64,000 nt of DNA, from assembly GCA_965237675.1 (NCBI GenBank), contig OZ250150.1, forward strand, positions 3,232,001-3,296,000. The letters are read 5' to 3'. Below, piece after piece: positions 41,294-50,763 of this stretch. Positions within the stretch are counted from its first letter, which is position 1. Every line of letters begins with the position of its first letter. This DNA is from Candidatus Latescibacterota bacterium (GTDB lineage: Bacteria; Latescibacterota; UBA2968; GCA-2709665). The position numbers were made by a program, and so were the translations under genes. The notes beneath the pieces were generated by a model, which made no database searches, was not told the DNA's origin, and saw nothing but the letters and a program-made list of their open reading frames with translations.

Positions 41294-42673
41294 CAGTACG
41301 AACGCGCGGGGGTCCACGCCTTTCTGGACCGAAACGAGTTGAAGGATGCCCGTCATGTTGGCGTTGGCGATTTCAATCAGGCCGGCGGCCGCTTCTTCGA
41401 CGTCCATATTCAGGGGCCCGGCGATGCGACTCTCGATCGACTGTTTCGCGAGAGATTTGTGAAGGCGGAGTTCTCCGCCCAGGAAATAATCGGGATTGAG
41501 GCGGTCGAGAACAAGGTTTGCGTCCGTGAGCGTGGGTTCAGAACCCCCTCTCCCGTAACAGGCGGGTCCCGGCGCCGCGCCTGCGGATTGCGGGCCGACG
41601 GCAAGCGCCCCGCCCGGATCAACGTGGCCGATGCTGCCGCCGCCGGATCCGATTTCAACCAGATCGATGACCGGTGTTTTTACCGGATACCCCTGGCCCT
41701 TGTCCCGGGTGGTGGTTGCGACGGCGGCGTCGCCCACCTCGAATTCGGCGGCCAGGCGCGGTCGGCCGTCTTCAATGAGGGCAGCCTTCGCGGTCGTGCC
41801 GCCGATGTCCAGCGCAATAAGGTTTTCAAAACCGGCGAGTTGGCCGATGTACGAAGCGGCGATGACACCCGCTGCCGGGCCGGATTCGATGAGTTGTACG
41901 GGCTGCTGTCTGGCGGTGCCGGAGGCAATGATCCCGCCGCCGGAGGTCATCAGGAACAGGCCGGAGCCCGGGTTCACGTTCCCGAGCCGATCCTCCAGCC
42001 GTTCCACGTAGGCGCCCACCGCGGGAAGCAGGGCGGCGTTGACGGCGGTCGTGCTGGCGCGGGTATATTCGCGGTACTCGGGACAGATGTCGGAGGAGAT
42101 GCAGACGGGCAAATCGGGACAGGCTTCCCGGATGATTTCAGCGGCTCGGCGCTCGTGGGTCGGGTCTCTATAGGCGTGAAGAAAGCAGACGAGAATCGCT
42201 TCCGCGCGGTCTCTCGCCAGTTTACGGGCGGCACGGTACACGGCGCCTTCGTCCATCGGGACAAGCAGCCCGCCATGGGCGTCGATGCGTTCGGGTACGC
42301 CAATGCAGAGGTGCCGCGGCACGAGCGGAGGGGGTTTGTCGTAGTCGAGGTCGTAGAGGTTCGGGCGGATCTGCCAGGCGATCTCGAAAACATCGCTGAA
42401 GCCTTCCGAGGCGATGAGGCCTATCCGCGCGCCTTTTTGTTGAATGATCGTGTTGGTTGCCACGGTGGTGCCGTGTACCACGAAGCGCACCTGTTCGGCC
42501 GTGAGATCCTGGGTAGCGAGGCCCCGGGTATACGCCTCCATGAAAGCCCGTGACGGATCGTCCGGAGTGGATGAGACCTTGACGGGATGGAAGTCGCCGG
42601 ATTTTTCGTCCATCACCACGGCATCGGTGAACGTGCCGCCGATGTCGATTCCGATGCGGTATGAATCACTCAT
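40568..42673 (-). CDS. hyuA: Hydantoinase/oxoprolinase A subunit
   Basis: IGIDIGGTFTD, HGTTVATN, ESGPAAG, DIGGTT, SAGAAPGPACYG, AFGGAGPLHA. Confidence 0.93.
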   Translation of the reverse strand: MSDSYRIGIDIGGTFTDAVVMDEKSGDFHPVKVSSTPDDPSRAFMEAYTRGLATQDLTAEQVRFVVHGTTVATNTIIQQKGARIGLIASEGFSDVFEIAWQIRPNLYDLDYDKPPPLVPRHLCIGVPERIDAHGGLLVPMDEGAVYRAARKLARDRAEAILVCFLHAYRDPTHERRAAEIIREACPDLPVCISSDICPEYREYTRASTTAVNAALLPAVGAYVERLEDRLGNVNPGSGLFLMTSGGGIIASGTARQQPVQLIESGPAAGVIAASYIGQLAGFENLIALDIGGTTAKAALIEDGRPRLAAEFEVGDAAVATTTRDKGQGYPVKTPVIDLVEIGSGGGSIGHVDPGGALAVGPQSAGAAPGPACYGRGGSEPTLTDANLVLDRLNPDYFLGGELRLHKSLAKQSIESRIAGPLNMDVEEAAAGLIEIANANMTGILQLVSVQKGVDPRAFVLVAFGGAGPLHAAALAKALHIRTVLVPPSPGVTTALGLLVTDLRHDYVRTYISKTDDLDLPGLSGIYREFEENATRLLLSEGVSRSNIRFVREADMRYTGQSYELRVPVGRLSKDLPEKLNAAFFAAHRRQYGFATRDEPTEIVNVRLSAVGAVPRPSHRRAPKGKPSAHAALKAERDVHMPGSAARAATAIYDRYRLKADNRFPGPAIVEEIDSTTFIPPGCTVNVDDYGNLVIDTGPGPP

Positions 42674-44424
42674 GAATTCGCACTCCGTTCGAGGCCCTCG
42701 CGCAGAACATGCGTCGCTTCGGCGTCGACGGTCCAGGTCCGGGCATTGTAGACGACACCATAGGTGTCGCGTGCGGCGCGCGGCGTTATTTTCCTGTCCC
42801 GGACGTCCCGCACGACGGCATCCGGGTCGCGTTTGTGCGGGTGGCCGTGGCCCCCGCCGCCCGGCGTCTGCACGCTCACGCGGCCGCCCTTGGGCACCGT
42901 GATGCTGGTCTTTGACGGCAACTCTTCAGCAGTGCCTTCCGGATCTCGGATGAACCGTGCGGGCCGACCGGGGCCACCTCCCCGGAGCCCCCACGGTGGA
43001 AACCGTGTGCCGTCTGAGAGAATGGTAAACGTGGTGTCGCAGTCGGGAAACTCAAAGTCCCGCCGGATACCCAGGCCGCCGCGAAACCGGCCGGAGCCGC
43101 CGCTGTTCGTGATGAGGCCGTAGTGGGCGAATCGGATGGGATAGTTGATTTCCACCTCTTCGATCGGCGCGTTTTCGGTGTTGTGGATGGTCGTCTGGAT
43201 GGCGTCGGGGCCATCTTTGGCAGGGCGGGCGCCATTGCCGCCGCCAACGGTCTCCATGTAGCAGTAAAACGCTTTTTTTCGCGGGTCGTTGCCGGCAAAA
43301 CCCAGGTTGCAGATAATGCCTTTGCCGCAGGCGGGAATCCTGTCCGGCAACACGTTGTGCAGGGCGGTGAGGGTAAGTTCCGCCGTGAGTTGCGCCAGTT
43401 CCCATGCGCCAACGACGGCGGCGGGCCACGTTGCGGTGAGCACGGTATTGTCCGGTCCGATGACTTCCAGGCATCGGTAAAGGCCGTCGTTAACCAGAAT
43501 CCGCGGATCGATCAGGCTCTTGATGACCACCGCAATGGCGGCCAGGGTATTGGAGCGGGTGGCGTTCAGCGGGCCGGTCTGCTGCGGCGCGGATCCCGTG
43601 ACGTCCAGTTTGGCGCTTCCGTCGCCGATGTGGACGGCAACGGCGATTTTGACCGGTTCGTCGTCGAATCCGTTGTTGTCGCGAAAACCTTCGGCCTTAT
43701 ACACACCGGCCGGCAGTGCGGCGATCTCGCGCCGCGCCCATCGCTCCGTGTAATCGAGCAGTTCGTCGAAGAAGGCTTCGACCTGGGCGATCTCGTAGCG
43801 GTCGATCAGTTCCGCGATGCGCCTTGCCCCCACGAGGTTTGCTCCCATCTGGGCGCGCAGGTCGCCTCCGGTCTCGTGAGGCGCGCGCACGTTCTCCAGA
43901 ATGAGGCCCAGAACGTCGTTGTCGATTTCCCCCCGCCGCATGATTTTCGTGGGCGGTATGATGATGCCTTCCTGGTAGATTTCGCGGTTTACTCCCAGGC
44001 TGCTCGGCGTGCTGCCCCCCACGTCGACGTGGTGGGCCATGTTGGCGAGGTACCCAAGCCGGGTCTTTCCTGCATAGACCGGCGCGATCAGCGCGATGTC
44101 GTTGAGGTGGCTGCTTCCGCGATGAGGATCGTTCAGGATGAGGCCGTCGCCGGGCGCGAGATTTTCGGCGCCGTATTCCCGGAGGGCGTTCGGGATCGCG
44201 TTCTTCATGGATGAGAGGTGCGGCGGCTGGGAGAAGGATTGTGCGACCACCCGGAATGCCGCGTCGAAGAAGGCGCAGGAGAAATCGGCACGGGTCTTGA
44301 TATTGGTGGAGTACGCGGTGCGGCGTATGGTATACGCCATCTCTTCGGTGGCGTTGATCAGTGCGTTCTTCATCACTTCGAAGGTGATGGGATCGATGGC
44401 GAGGTGAGATGATGGGTCGGACAT
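42670..44424 (-). CDS. hyuB: Hydantoinase B/oxoprolinase subunit
   Basis: DPITFEV, NDPHRGSSHLND, AHHVDVGG, YQEG, GSGRFRGGLG, TPGGGGHG. Confidence 0.93.
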   Translation of the reverse strand: MSDPSSHLAIDPITFEVMKNALINATEEMAYTIRRTAYSTNIKTRADFSCAFFDAAFRVVAQSFSQPPHLSSMKNAIPNALREYGAENLAPGDGLILNDPHRGSSHLNDIALIAPVYAGKTRLGYLANMAHHVDVGGSTPSSLGVNREIYQEGIIIPPTKIMRRGEIDNDVLGLILENVRAPHETGGDLRAQMGANLVGARRIAELIDRYEIAQVEAFFDELLDYTERWARREIAALPAGVYKAEGFRDNNGFDDEPVKIAVAVHIGDGSAKLDVTGSAPQQTGPLNATRSNTLAAIAVVIKSLIDPRILVNDGLYRCLEVIGPDNTVLTATWPAAVVGAWELAQLTAELTLTALHNVLPDRIPACGKGIICNLGFAGNDPRKKAFYCYMETVGGGNGARPAKDGPDAIQTTIHNTENAPIEEVEINYPIRFAHYGLITNSGGSGRFRGGLGIRRDFEFPDCDTTFTILSDGTRFPPWGLRGGGPGRPARFIRDPEGTAEELPSKTSITVPKGGRVSVQTPGGGGHGHPHKRDPDAVVRDVRDRKITPRAARDTYGVVYNARTWTVDAEATHVLREGLERSANS

Positions 44425-44602
44425 GCCTTATCTCCCTGACCCCCTTCCCGAGTGGGATGCGAGGGCAACAATTCGAGGTGTGTTATCCGTTGTGGTACGT
44501 CAGTGAATCTGGAGATTAATCCTCAAATCCGCACTGCAATACCTGGTTTTCTACATGCCGGATCTCTTGCCCGCTTCCTGCCCGCCCCTCACGGGCGGAG
44601 GG

Positions 44603-47600
44603 TCACCGTTGCCAGTGACCCGAACCGACGATCCGGAATCGATCCACGCCCGGGTGCAGCGCTGAAAAGGCGATCTCGTTCCCGGCGGATAGGTGTTCGG
44701 GAACGTCCAGGAGCAGGGCGTGTCGGGTGCGGATGCGGGTGCCCCATTCGTCCACGATGTCCTCCGAGATCAGGTCGCCCAGAGGTTGCAGGAGGGTAAG
44801 GCTTCGATCCGGTCCTACTTTGAAGATGTTGAGGTTGTTTTCTTTGCCCTGGATAACCGGGGGCGGCTCCACCCAGGCGCGGTCACTTTCGACGGCGGTG
44901 ACAAGCAGATAGCCGACGGCCAGGTGGGGAAAGCCGTCCAGATGCAGGGTACAGGCTCCGTCAGGATTCCGTTCGGCGGACAGGATGGTGTAGGCGGAGG
45001 CACGTTCGCGGTGGCGGATGGTGATGGTCTTTCTGAAAAGTGCGTCGGGATCCGCAATATCGGCCTCAGGTTGGATCGTCAGGGATTTCTCGACGTCGTC
45101 GAATCCGGTGAGTAGACCTTCGAGCGTGGGAAAGGGTTCGATCTTGTGGCCGTCGGCTTCGGCGGCCGTTCCGCCGACAAGAGCAAGAGCGCGGAGACCG
45201 TGTGCATCAAATGACGCAAAGGCGAGTTCGCCGTCGCTGTGCAGCGCGTGGCCGTTATGGGAGATTTTACAGGGGGCACCGGACGTGTTACTCACGATCA
45301 AATCCGTACCCCGGTTGTGAGTCACCTGTACACCGGCGGCTTCCTGATTTTCACAGGATAAACGGCTGACTTGTCTGATGAACGGGGCATTCCGGTAGGG
45401 TTCGTGGACGGCCAGGAAGGTGTTCAGGAGATGATGGTTTTGGCGGCGGACGGTGATGATTTTCATCTCCTCACCCAGGTCGCGGTTGTCCAGCCAGCGC
45501 TGGGCGGGGCCGTTGCCCACGATGATCTCGGATCCGGGCATGTCGAGCATGTGTAATTTGAGGAAGGCGTCCGGGTCGGTTTCCGGTGAGCCGTCCGCGT
45601 TCGGGTATTCGGTAACGTCGCCCCAGGTTGCCGTCCACGGTCCGTTGCTCTGACCAGCGCTGAGTTGCGTAACGCGCTGGGTGCCCCACCTGGCGCCGGC
45701 CCGGGGGGTGCGGCGAGACGGCGTGAAAGTGAAGCCGCTGTAGTCGTAGAGAGATTCCGCCGGGTCCGGCCGACCTGTGAGGTCGATGCCTTCGGTCGAA
45801 AAACGATGACCATTGCCGTGGAAGGTCCAGTCGTGCATGTGGCCGCCGTTGACCCGGAAGACGTCAATAACGTAGGCATCTTCGGGGTCGCTGTCAATGA
45901 GGGCGACGGTGCGCTGGTAGCGGTCGGTGCCTGGCACTTTGCCGAGTTCGTCTGCGTCCTCCTCCGCGGCATCGATGGCTTTGAATCCGGGTAGATCCAC
46001 AAAAAACCGAAGGTCTCCACGGAGGTTGTCCGTACCCATCGGGTCGCCGTCCCGGGTGCGGATGGCGACGGTGTTGTGGGCGGGGAAGGTTTTAATCCAA
46101 TCCACCGTCATAAAATGTGTGGAGCCCATGTAACCGAGGTCGGTGGCCAGTTCGTGGCCGATGGCGTAGAGCGTAAGGTTGAGGGGCGCCATGTGGTAGT
46201 GACCAACACGCTCCGTGAAGTCGAGTGAGAGCGTTCGGGTACGGTCTCCCTCGCCGCTGCGCAGGATGGCTTTGCGGTTCTGGCCCAGCAGGTGGGAGGG
46301 GAGGGGCATGGGGAGTCTGAGGGAGACGACGGGATCGCCCTCCGGATCGATGTTCAGGTACTCGCGATAGGCATCAGGGATGCCGCCGCCCAGGGTTTCA
46401 GCCAGGGCGAGCTGTTCCAGGGGCATGGCGGCCCGGATCACACAGTCTTCCCAGGTGATGGGGCGACCGTCGGGGAAGCCGGTCCTAAGGTACTGGCCCA
46501 AGCCGTGTTTGAAGACGGGCAGGGCAAGCATGTTGATTGCGTTTCGTCCCCCATCGTAATAAGGGGCGGTCCGGTCGAATGCGCCCTGCTGGCCGTGGCA
46601 TGCGGCCATGACGCTTGAAATTCCCCAACTGGTATAGGAGGGAGAGCCTTCCTTGCCCAGACCGTCGCCGGTAAAGAAATTATGCAGAAAGTAGACAATG
46701 TCTCTGGCGACGTTTTCGATGATCCGGTCGTCGCCGACAATGCGCCCGAGTTGCAACCTGGGCATCTGGGTAGAGGTGGAGAGGTTGTCAGCGCCGGTGA
46801 CGAGCGCGAAGGGGTGCAGCGTGTACTCCAGAATGCCGCGTTTGAGTTTTTGGCCGGAGGTCTGCAATTTCAGGGAATCGCCTTCGACGGACGTGACGAT
46901 GCGCTGGGCGGCGGTTTTCAGATCGGACTCGGTTTCGTCGAAGGATTCGGCAATCAGGCTGTAACCGACCATGAGATCCTGGGCTAGGCTGGCTTTCCAG
47001 TTCCACACGCCAGGGTAGATGGAAGCGCCTTTTGTACCGTAGCGGTCTCCGGGGGCGTTCAACGGGCGTTTCGGGTCGCCTTCAATATGATCGAACGGGG
47101 CGTAGAGGCGGTAGCCGGGATAGGATTTGTCCGGAGCGCCAGTCTCGTAGAAATCGGCGAGGCGCTCCTGCAGGTTCGTTTCGGATGTTTCCAGGAGTGC
47201 GGCAAGATAGGGGTCGCCCAGGAAGGCTCTGGAAAGCGTCACGAGGAGGACCCGGGCCTTGCGGGCATGCCGCCTTGCCGTTTCGGGGTCTGATTTTAAT
47301 CCTGCAGCATGGAAGGCTTCGCCCAGGCGATGGAGCACGTTGCCGGCCAGGTCGCGGAGGGTATTCATCCAGCAGAGGGCTTTGAAATAAAAGGCATTGG
47401 TGGGTTCTACATAGCCGTGGGCCTCGCCGTCCCATTGGTCCCAGGGGATCCCGTCGTGCGCCTGGCTCCAGGCTTCGTCGTGGTCCTCGCGCCACACTTC
47501 GTCCGTGGGAAAGCAACCGTCTCCGTCATCCGGGTACCTGGGGTTGGGATAAAAAGCGTATTCACGGCCGTCTGCCTTACAGTACGGACAGTGAAGCCGC

Positions 47601-47914
47601 CACGGGTCATCCAGGGACCAGTCGAAGTAGCTGTAGTACCGTACCCGGAAAGGGTGGATGGGACAGGCGCAGGTATAGATGCCGCGCGGCTCCCGATGCC
47701 AGATATTATCCAGGTACCAGGCATCGGGCCTGGCGGACCATTTTTCGGCTATGGCGAGAGACTCGTCTGCCCACGAGCAGATGTCCTGGTCTCCGCCGGC
47801 GTGTCGGCGGCGGATCTCGTCAAATGAAAGGGCGCCAATCCAGATGTTGGGCCGGTCGGGAAATGCGACAACGCGGTGACCCTTATTTTCGGGGGGAGTC
47901 CATGATGTGTTCAC
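44603..47914 (-). CDS. Large heparinase II/III-like protein
   Basis: 1103 aa. EGSPSY, GHYHMAPLNLTLY..GHELATDLGY, AHNTV, YQRTVALID..YVIDVFRVNGG..HDWTFH motifs fit the heparinase II/III C-terminal region. Confidence 0.7.
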   Translation of the reverse strand: MNTSWTPPENKGHRVVAFPDRPNIWIGALSFDEIRRRHAGGDQDICSWADESLAIAEKWSARPDAWYLDNIWHREPRGIYTCACPIHPFRVRYYSYFDWSLDDPWRLHCPYCKADGREYAFYPNPRYPDDGDGCFPTDEVWREDHDEAWSQAHDGIPWDQWDGEAHGYVEPTNAFYFKALCWMNTLRDLAGNVLHRLGEAFHAAGLKSDPETARRHARKARVLLVTLSRAFLGDPYLAALLETSETNLQERLADFYETGAPDKSYPGYRLYAPFDHIEGDPKRPLNAPGDRYGTKGASIYPGVWNWKASLAQDLMVGYSLIAESFDETESDLKTAAQRIVTSVEGDSLKLQTSGQKLKRGILEYTLHPFALVTGADNLSTSTQMPRLQLGRIVGDDRIIENVARDIVYFLHNFFTGDGLGKEGSPSYTSWGISSVMAACHGQQGAFDRTAPYYDGGRNAINMLALPVFKHGLGQYLRTGFPDGRPITWEDCVIRAAMPLEQLALAETLGGGIPDAYREYLNIDPEGDPVVSLRLPMPLPSHLLGQNRKAILRSGEGDRTRTLSLDFTERVGHYHMAPLNLTLYAIGHELATDLGYMGSTHFMTVDWIKTFPAHNTVAIRTRDGDPMGTDNLRGDLRFFVDLPGFKAIDAAEEDADELGKVPGTDRYQRTVALIDSDPEDAYVIDVFRVNGGHMHDWTFHGNGHRFSTEGIDLTGRPDPAESLYDYSGFTFTPSRRTPRAGARWGTQRVTQLSAGQSNGPWTATWGDVTEYPNADGSPETDPDAFLKLHMLDMPGSEIIVGNGPAQRWLDNRDLGEEMKIITVRRQNHHLLNTFLAVHEPYRNAPFIRQVSRLSCENQEAAGVQVTHNRGTDLIVSNTSGAPCKISHNGHALHSDGELAFASFDAHGLRALALVGGTAAEADGHKIEPFPTLEGLLTGFDDVEKSLTIQPEADIADPDALFRKTITIRHRERASAYTILSAERNPDGACTLHLDGFPHLAVGYLLVTAVESDRAWVEPPPVIQGKENNLNIFKVGPDRSLTLLQPLGDLISEDIVDEWGTRIRTRHALLLDVPEHLSAGNEIAFSALHPGVDRFRIVGSGHWQR

Positions 47915-48140
47915 GGATAGTCGATCTCCAATCGGATCTGAAAAAACGCCATCGCAGAATTACGCGGAGTCAACCGGCGCCCCTGGCGCGGGGGGTCGAT
48001 TGCAGGGTGCTGGGGGATGGGTTCCGGGGAAAGGACACTCGGTCTTGCTTACCACGTCGGTACCGTCAGAAGTGCAGGCCTTCTTTTCTACCTCACTGTT
48101 ACCGGTAGACGCCGCGGACTGCCGGCTGGACGCGTTTGGA

Positions 48141-49430
48141 TCAGGAAGCCTCATCCGCCGCGATTTCCGCGAGACGCTCGCCGTGATTTGTCACTTTCGC
48201 GAAGGCCGCGGCAACCTGATCCACCCAGGCCGGGCTGGGGTCCACCGGTGTGGACAGCCAGAAGCATGAGTCGTGGATGTGTTCGCTGACCGGCAGATCG
48301 CCAGGTTGATACGGGATCCTGGCACCCTGAGGCAGGTCGCCCCATGGGCCGCCGAGGTCGTCGAAAGAAAAATCGTTGAAAAGCGGTTCCAGGTGCATTG
48401 CCCCGTAACCGAAGGGTGTGATGGCCGGGGTGGTCCCAACGCCTTCCGCAACGAGTGCCCTGAGTATGACGGAAACCGGCGCGCCGATTTCACGAGGATT
48501 GATAAGGCCTGTATACAGAAGGAGGCCTCCCCGAACCGCCTGCGGGTACGCCTCTTGAGGGTGTACGCCTCTGACGGATTCCAGTTGGCTGCTTAGCCGG
48601 CCGAACCAGGCGCGTCTTTTCTCGTTTAATCCGGGTAACCGTTCAAGCTGCGCGCGCGCCATGGCAATACCAAGGGGATTCGCCCGGTACTTGACGCCCA
48701 GGCCCATGTTGCGTAGCTCCCTGAATCTGTCGGTTACAAACTGCTTTTCGCATCTTCCATAGTGGCCCAGGGCCAGCATACGGTCGTAAAGGTCTCCATC
48801 GTCGGTCACGACCACACCCGCTTCGATCCCCGTGACCGGCTTGCTTCCCTGCAGGCTGAAGCAGCCGATGTGACCGAGAGAGCCGACGGGAGTGCCGTTC
48901 CAGAGGGCGCCGTGGGCGTGCGATGCATCCTCGATGAGCGTGATGTCGGTTCCGCAGACGAGATCCCGAAATGCGTCCATATTTGCGGGGTTGCCGTATA
49001 CGTGGGTAACGATGATCGCGCAGGTGTTCTCCGTGATTCGACGTTCGGCGTCTTTGGGATCTGCGCAGAAGGTACGGCGTTCCGCGTCGCAGAAGACGGG
49101 TGTTGCGCCGCAGTGCAGGATGGGCGTGATGCTGGCGTGCCACGTGACGGAGGGCACGATGACCTCTTTGCCGATTCGGGCGCCGGAGGCGAAGACGGCC
49201 GAGTGCAGGGCCGCCGTGCCATTGCAGGTGGCGATGGCGAATTTTGCGCCCGTGAAGGCACGGAATTCCTCCTGGAAACGGTCAATCTGGGAATAGGAAT
49301 TACCCATACCACCTTCCAGAACGCTCAGGACGGATTGTTTCTCCAGGCCCGTTATGGTTTGCCAACCATCATCCTGAGGCTCGGTCACCGCCGGAGAGCC
49401 GCCATCGATTGCCAGATCCGTTTTAGACAT
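48141..49430 (-). CDS. DegT/DnrJ/EryC1/StrS PLP-dependent aminotransferase
   Basis: NGTAALH, EVIVPSVTW, HVYGNP, IEDASHAHGA, FSLQGSK. Confidence 0.93.
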   Translation of the reverse strand: MSKTDLAIDGGSPAVTEPQDDGWQTITGLEKQSVLSVLEGGMGNSYSQIDRFQEEFRAFTGAKFAIATCNGTAALHSAVFASGARIGKEVIVPSVTWHASITPILHCGATPVFCDAERRTFCADPKDAERRITENTCAIIVTHVYGNPANMDAFRDLVCGTDITLIEDASHAHGALWNGTPVGSLGHIGCFSLQGSKPVTGIEAGVVVTDDGDLYDRMLALGHYGRCEKQFVTDRFRELRNMGLGVKYRANPLGIAMARAQLERLPGLNEKRRAWFGRLSSQLESVRGVHPQEAYPQAVRGGLLLYTGLINPREIGAPVSVILRALVAEGVGTTPAITPFGYGAMHLEPLFNDFSFDDLGGPWGDLPQGARIPYQPGDLPVSEHIHDSCFWLSTPVDPSPAWVDQVAAAFAKVTNHGERLAEIAADEAS

Positions 49431-49566
49431 ATCCCGTGTTCTCCCGGAAGTCGATCCGTGTGAACCGCCAACGATTCGTCATGCGCATCGCCCGTCATCC
49501 CGCGTCGGAGACAGGCCATCCGCGTCAGGTTAACGTGAGGGCGCCGGCTGCCGGTACAGGCGCTGC

Positions 49567-49595
49567 ATAATAGCATGCGCGATACGAATTGTCAA
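49567..49595 (-). promoter_or_regulatory. Sigma70-type promoter for the minus-strand cluster
   Basis: On the minus strand: TTGACA, 17 nt spacer, TATTAT. Confidence 0.6.
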
Positions 49596-49618
49596 AGCGG
49601 ATGGCGACCGGTCGAGGC

Positions 49619-49647
49619 TTGACAGGGTTACCGATGTGTGTTATATA
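49619..49647 (+). promoter_or_regulatory. Sigma70-type promoter for rhodanese/MauE
   Basis: TTGACA, 17 nt spacer, TATATA. Back-to-back with the minus-strand promoter. Confidence 0.6.
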
Positions 49648-49682
49648 TAGTCCGTACAGTTCATCAACGGGAGGCCTTCCAG

Positions 49683-50183
49683 ATGATTGGATTCAGGCTG
49701 GCATTGAAGGCGATCGTTATCTTGCTGGCAGGATCGGGCGTCGGCCTCGCTTACAACGCCCTGTCCGCCTCCGGCATTCCTCTACGGACACCCAGGAACC
49801 TGACGCCATCGGAACATGTGAACTGGAGCCTTTACCTGGAGGGTATCCGGGCAAGTCTTTCCGACGCGAAAGCGGCGTTCGACTCGGGGTCTGTAATATT
49901 TATGGACGCACGCATTCCACGCGCCTATGCGGCTGGACACATTCCGGGGGCGTTGAATCTGACGCCTCACGATCTCAACCGGGGCGACAGGAAAAAGCTC
50001 GAAGGTGTTTCCAGGGATGCCAATATCATCACGTACTGTGGCGGCGCCAGATGTCAGGCCAGCGTTAAGCTGGCACATCTACTGACGCAAGGCCTGGGGT
50101 TTACGCGCGTGCGGGCGTTCTTCGATGGTTGGGGGGCATGGGTCCGCGCGGGGTATCCGGTAGCGACGGGAGTAGACCGATGA
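49683..50183 (+). CDS. Membrane-anchored rhodanese-like protein
   Basis: FMDAR...YAAGHIPGALN, IITYCGGARCQAS, FDGWGAWVRAGYP. GGAGG RBS. Confidence 0.9.
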   Translation: MIGFRLALKAIVILLAGSGVGLAYNALSASGIPLRTPRNLTPSEHVNWSLYLEGIRASLSDAKAAFDSGSVIFMDARIPRAYAAGHIPGALNLTPHDLNRGDRKKLEGVSRDANIITYCGGARCQASVKLAHLLTQGLGFTRVRAFFDGWGAWVRAGYPVATGVDR

Positions 50184-50638
50184 GTTGGGCCCGGTACGGA
50201 GTCCCGGTCGTTCTGCGCCTCGCCGTGGGCGGGGTGTTGATCTGGGCGGGGCTGGCAAAGGTGTCGGAGCCGGCGTTGTTTGCGCTGACGGTGAGGGCAT
50301 ACAACGTGCTTCCCCTCGCGTTCATAAACGGATTTGCGGTTGTGGTTCCCTGGATGGAAATCGCCGCCGGGGCGTGCCTGTTGGCGGGATTCTGGTCGCG
50401 CGCCGCCGCGCTTGCCGCCCTCGCATTGCTCTCGTCGTTCAGCGTCGCCCTCGTCGTGAACATCTTCCGCGGAGCAAATCTCGACTGCGGCTGCTTTGGG
50501 CTGGACGGCACGAGGGGTTCGCTTCACGGGGCGCTCGTGCAGGACCTGCTGCTGATCGGATGTTCGCTGGTGGTGCTGTTTGTGCGCAATATGCCGCTGT
50601 CTCTGGATCGGTGTCTTCTCAAAACTACCGATCCGTAA
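50180..50638 (+). CDS. MauE/DoxX-family redox membrane protein
   Basis: RLAVGGVLIWAGLAK, PWMEI, RGANLDCGCFG. ATGA overlap with rhodanese. Confidence 0.88.
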   Translation: MSWARYGVPVVLRLAVGGVLIWAGLAKVSEPALFALTVRAYNVLPLAFINGFAVVVPWMEIAAGACLLAGFWSRAAALAALALLSSFSVALVVNIFRGANLDCGCFGLDGTRGSLHGALVQDLLLIGCSLVVLFVRNMPLSLDRCLLKTTDP

Positions 50639-50763
50639 GTGAGGCGGCATTCCAAAAGACTCAGTTGTCTGTATTGGCGTGTTCAGGTGCGGCGCCGTGT
50701 CCCTACGGTTCCGCCTTTCTGATTTCAGGCAGGAAGGATCATCCCGTTCCGGGGTATTGGGCG

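Noticed and set aside
50185-50763. N-terminal extension making a 1311-aa protein
   Set aside because: It overlaps the MauE/DoxX gene in another frame. The lipoprotein signal starts at ATG 50764.
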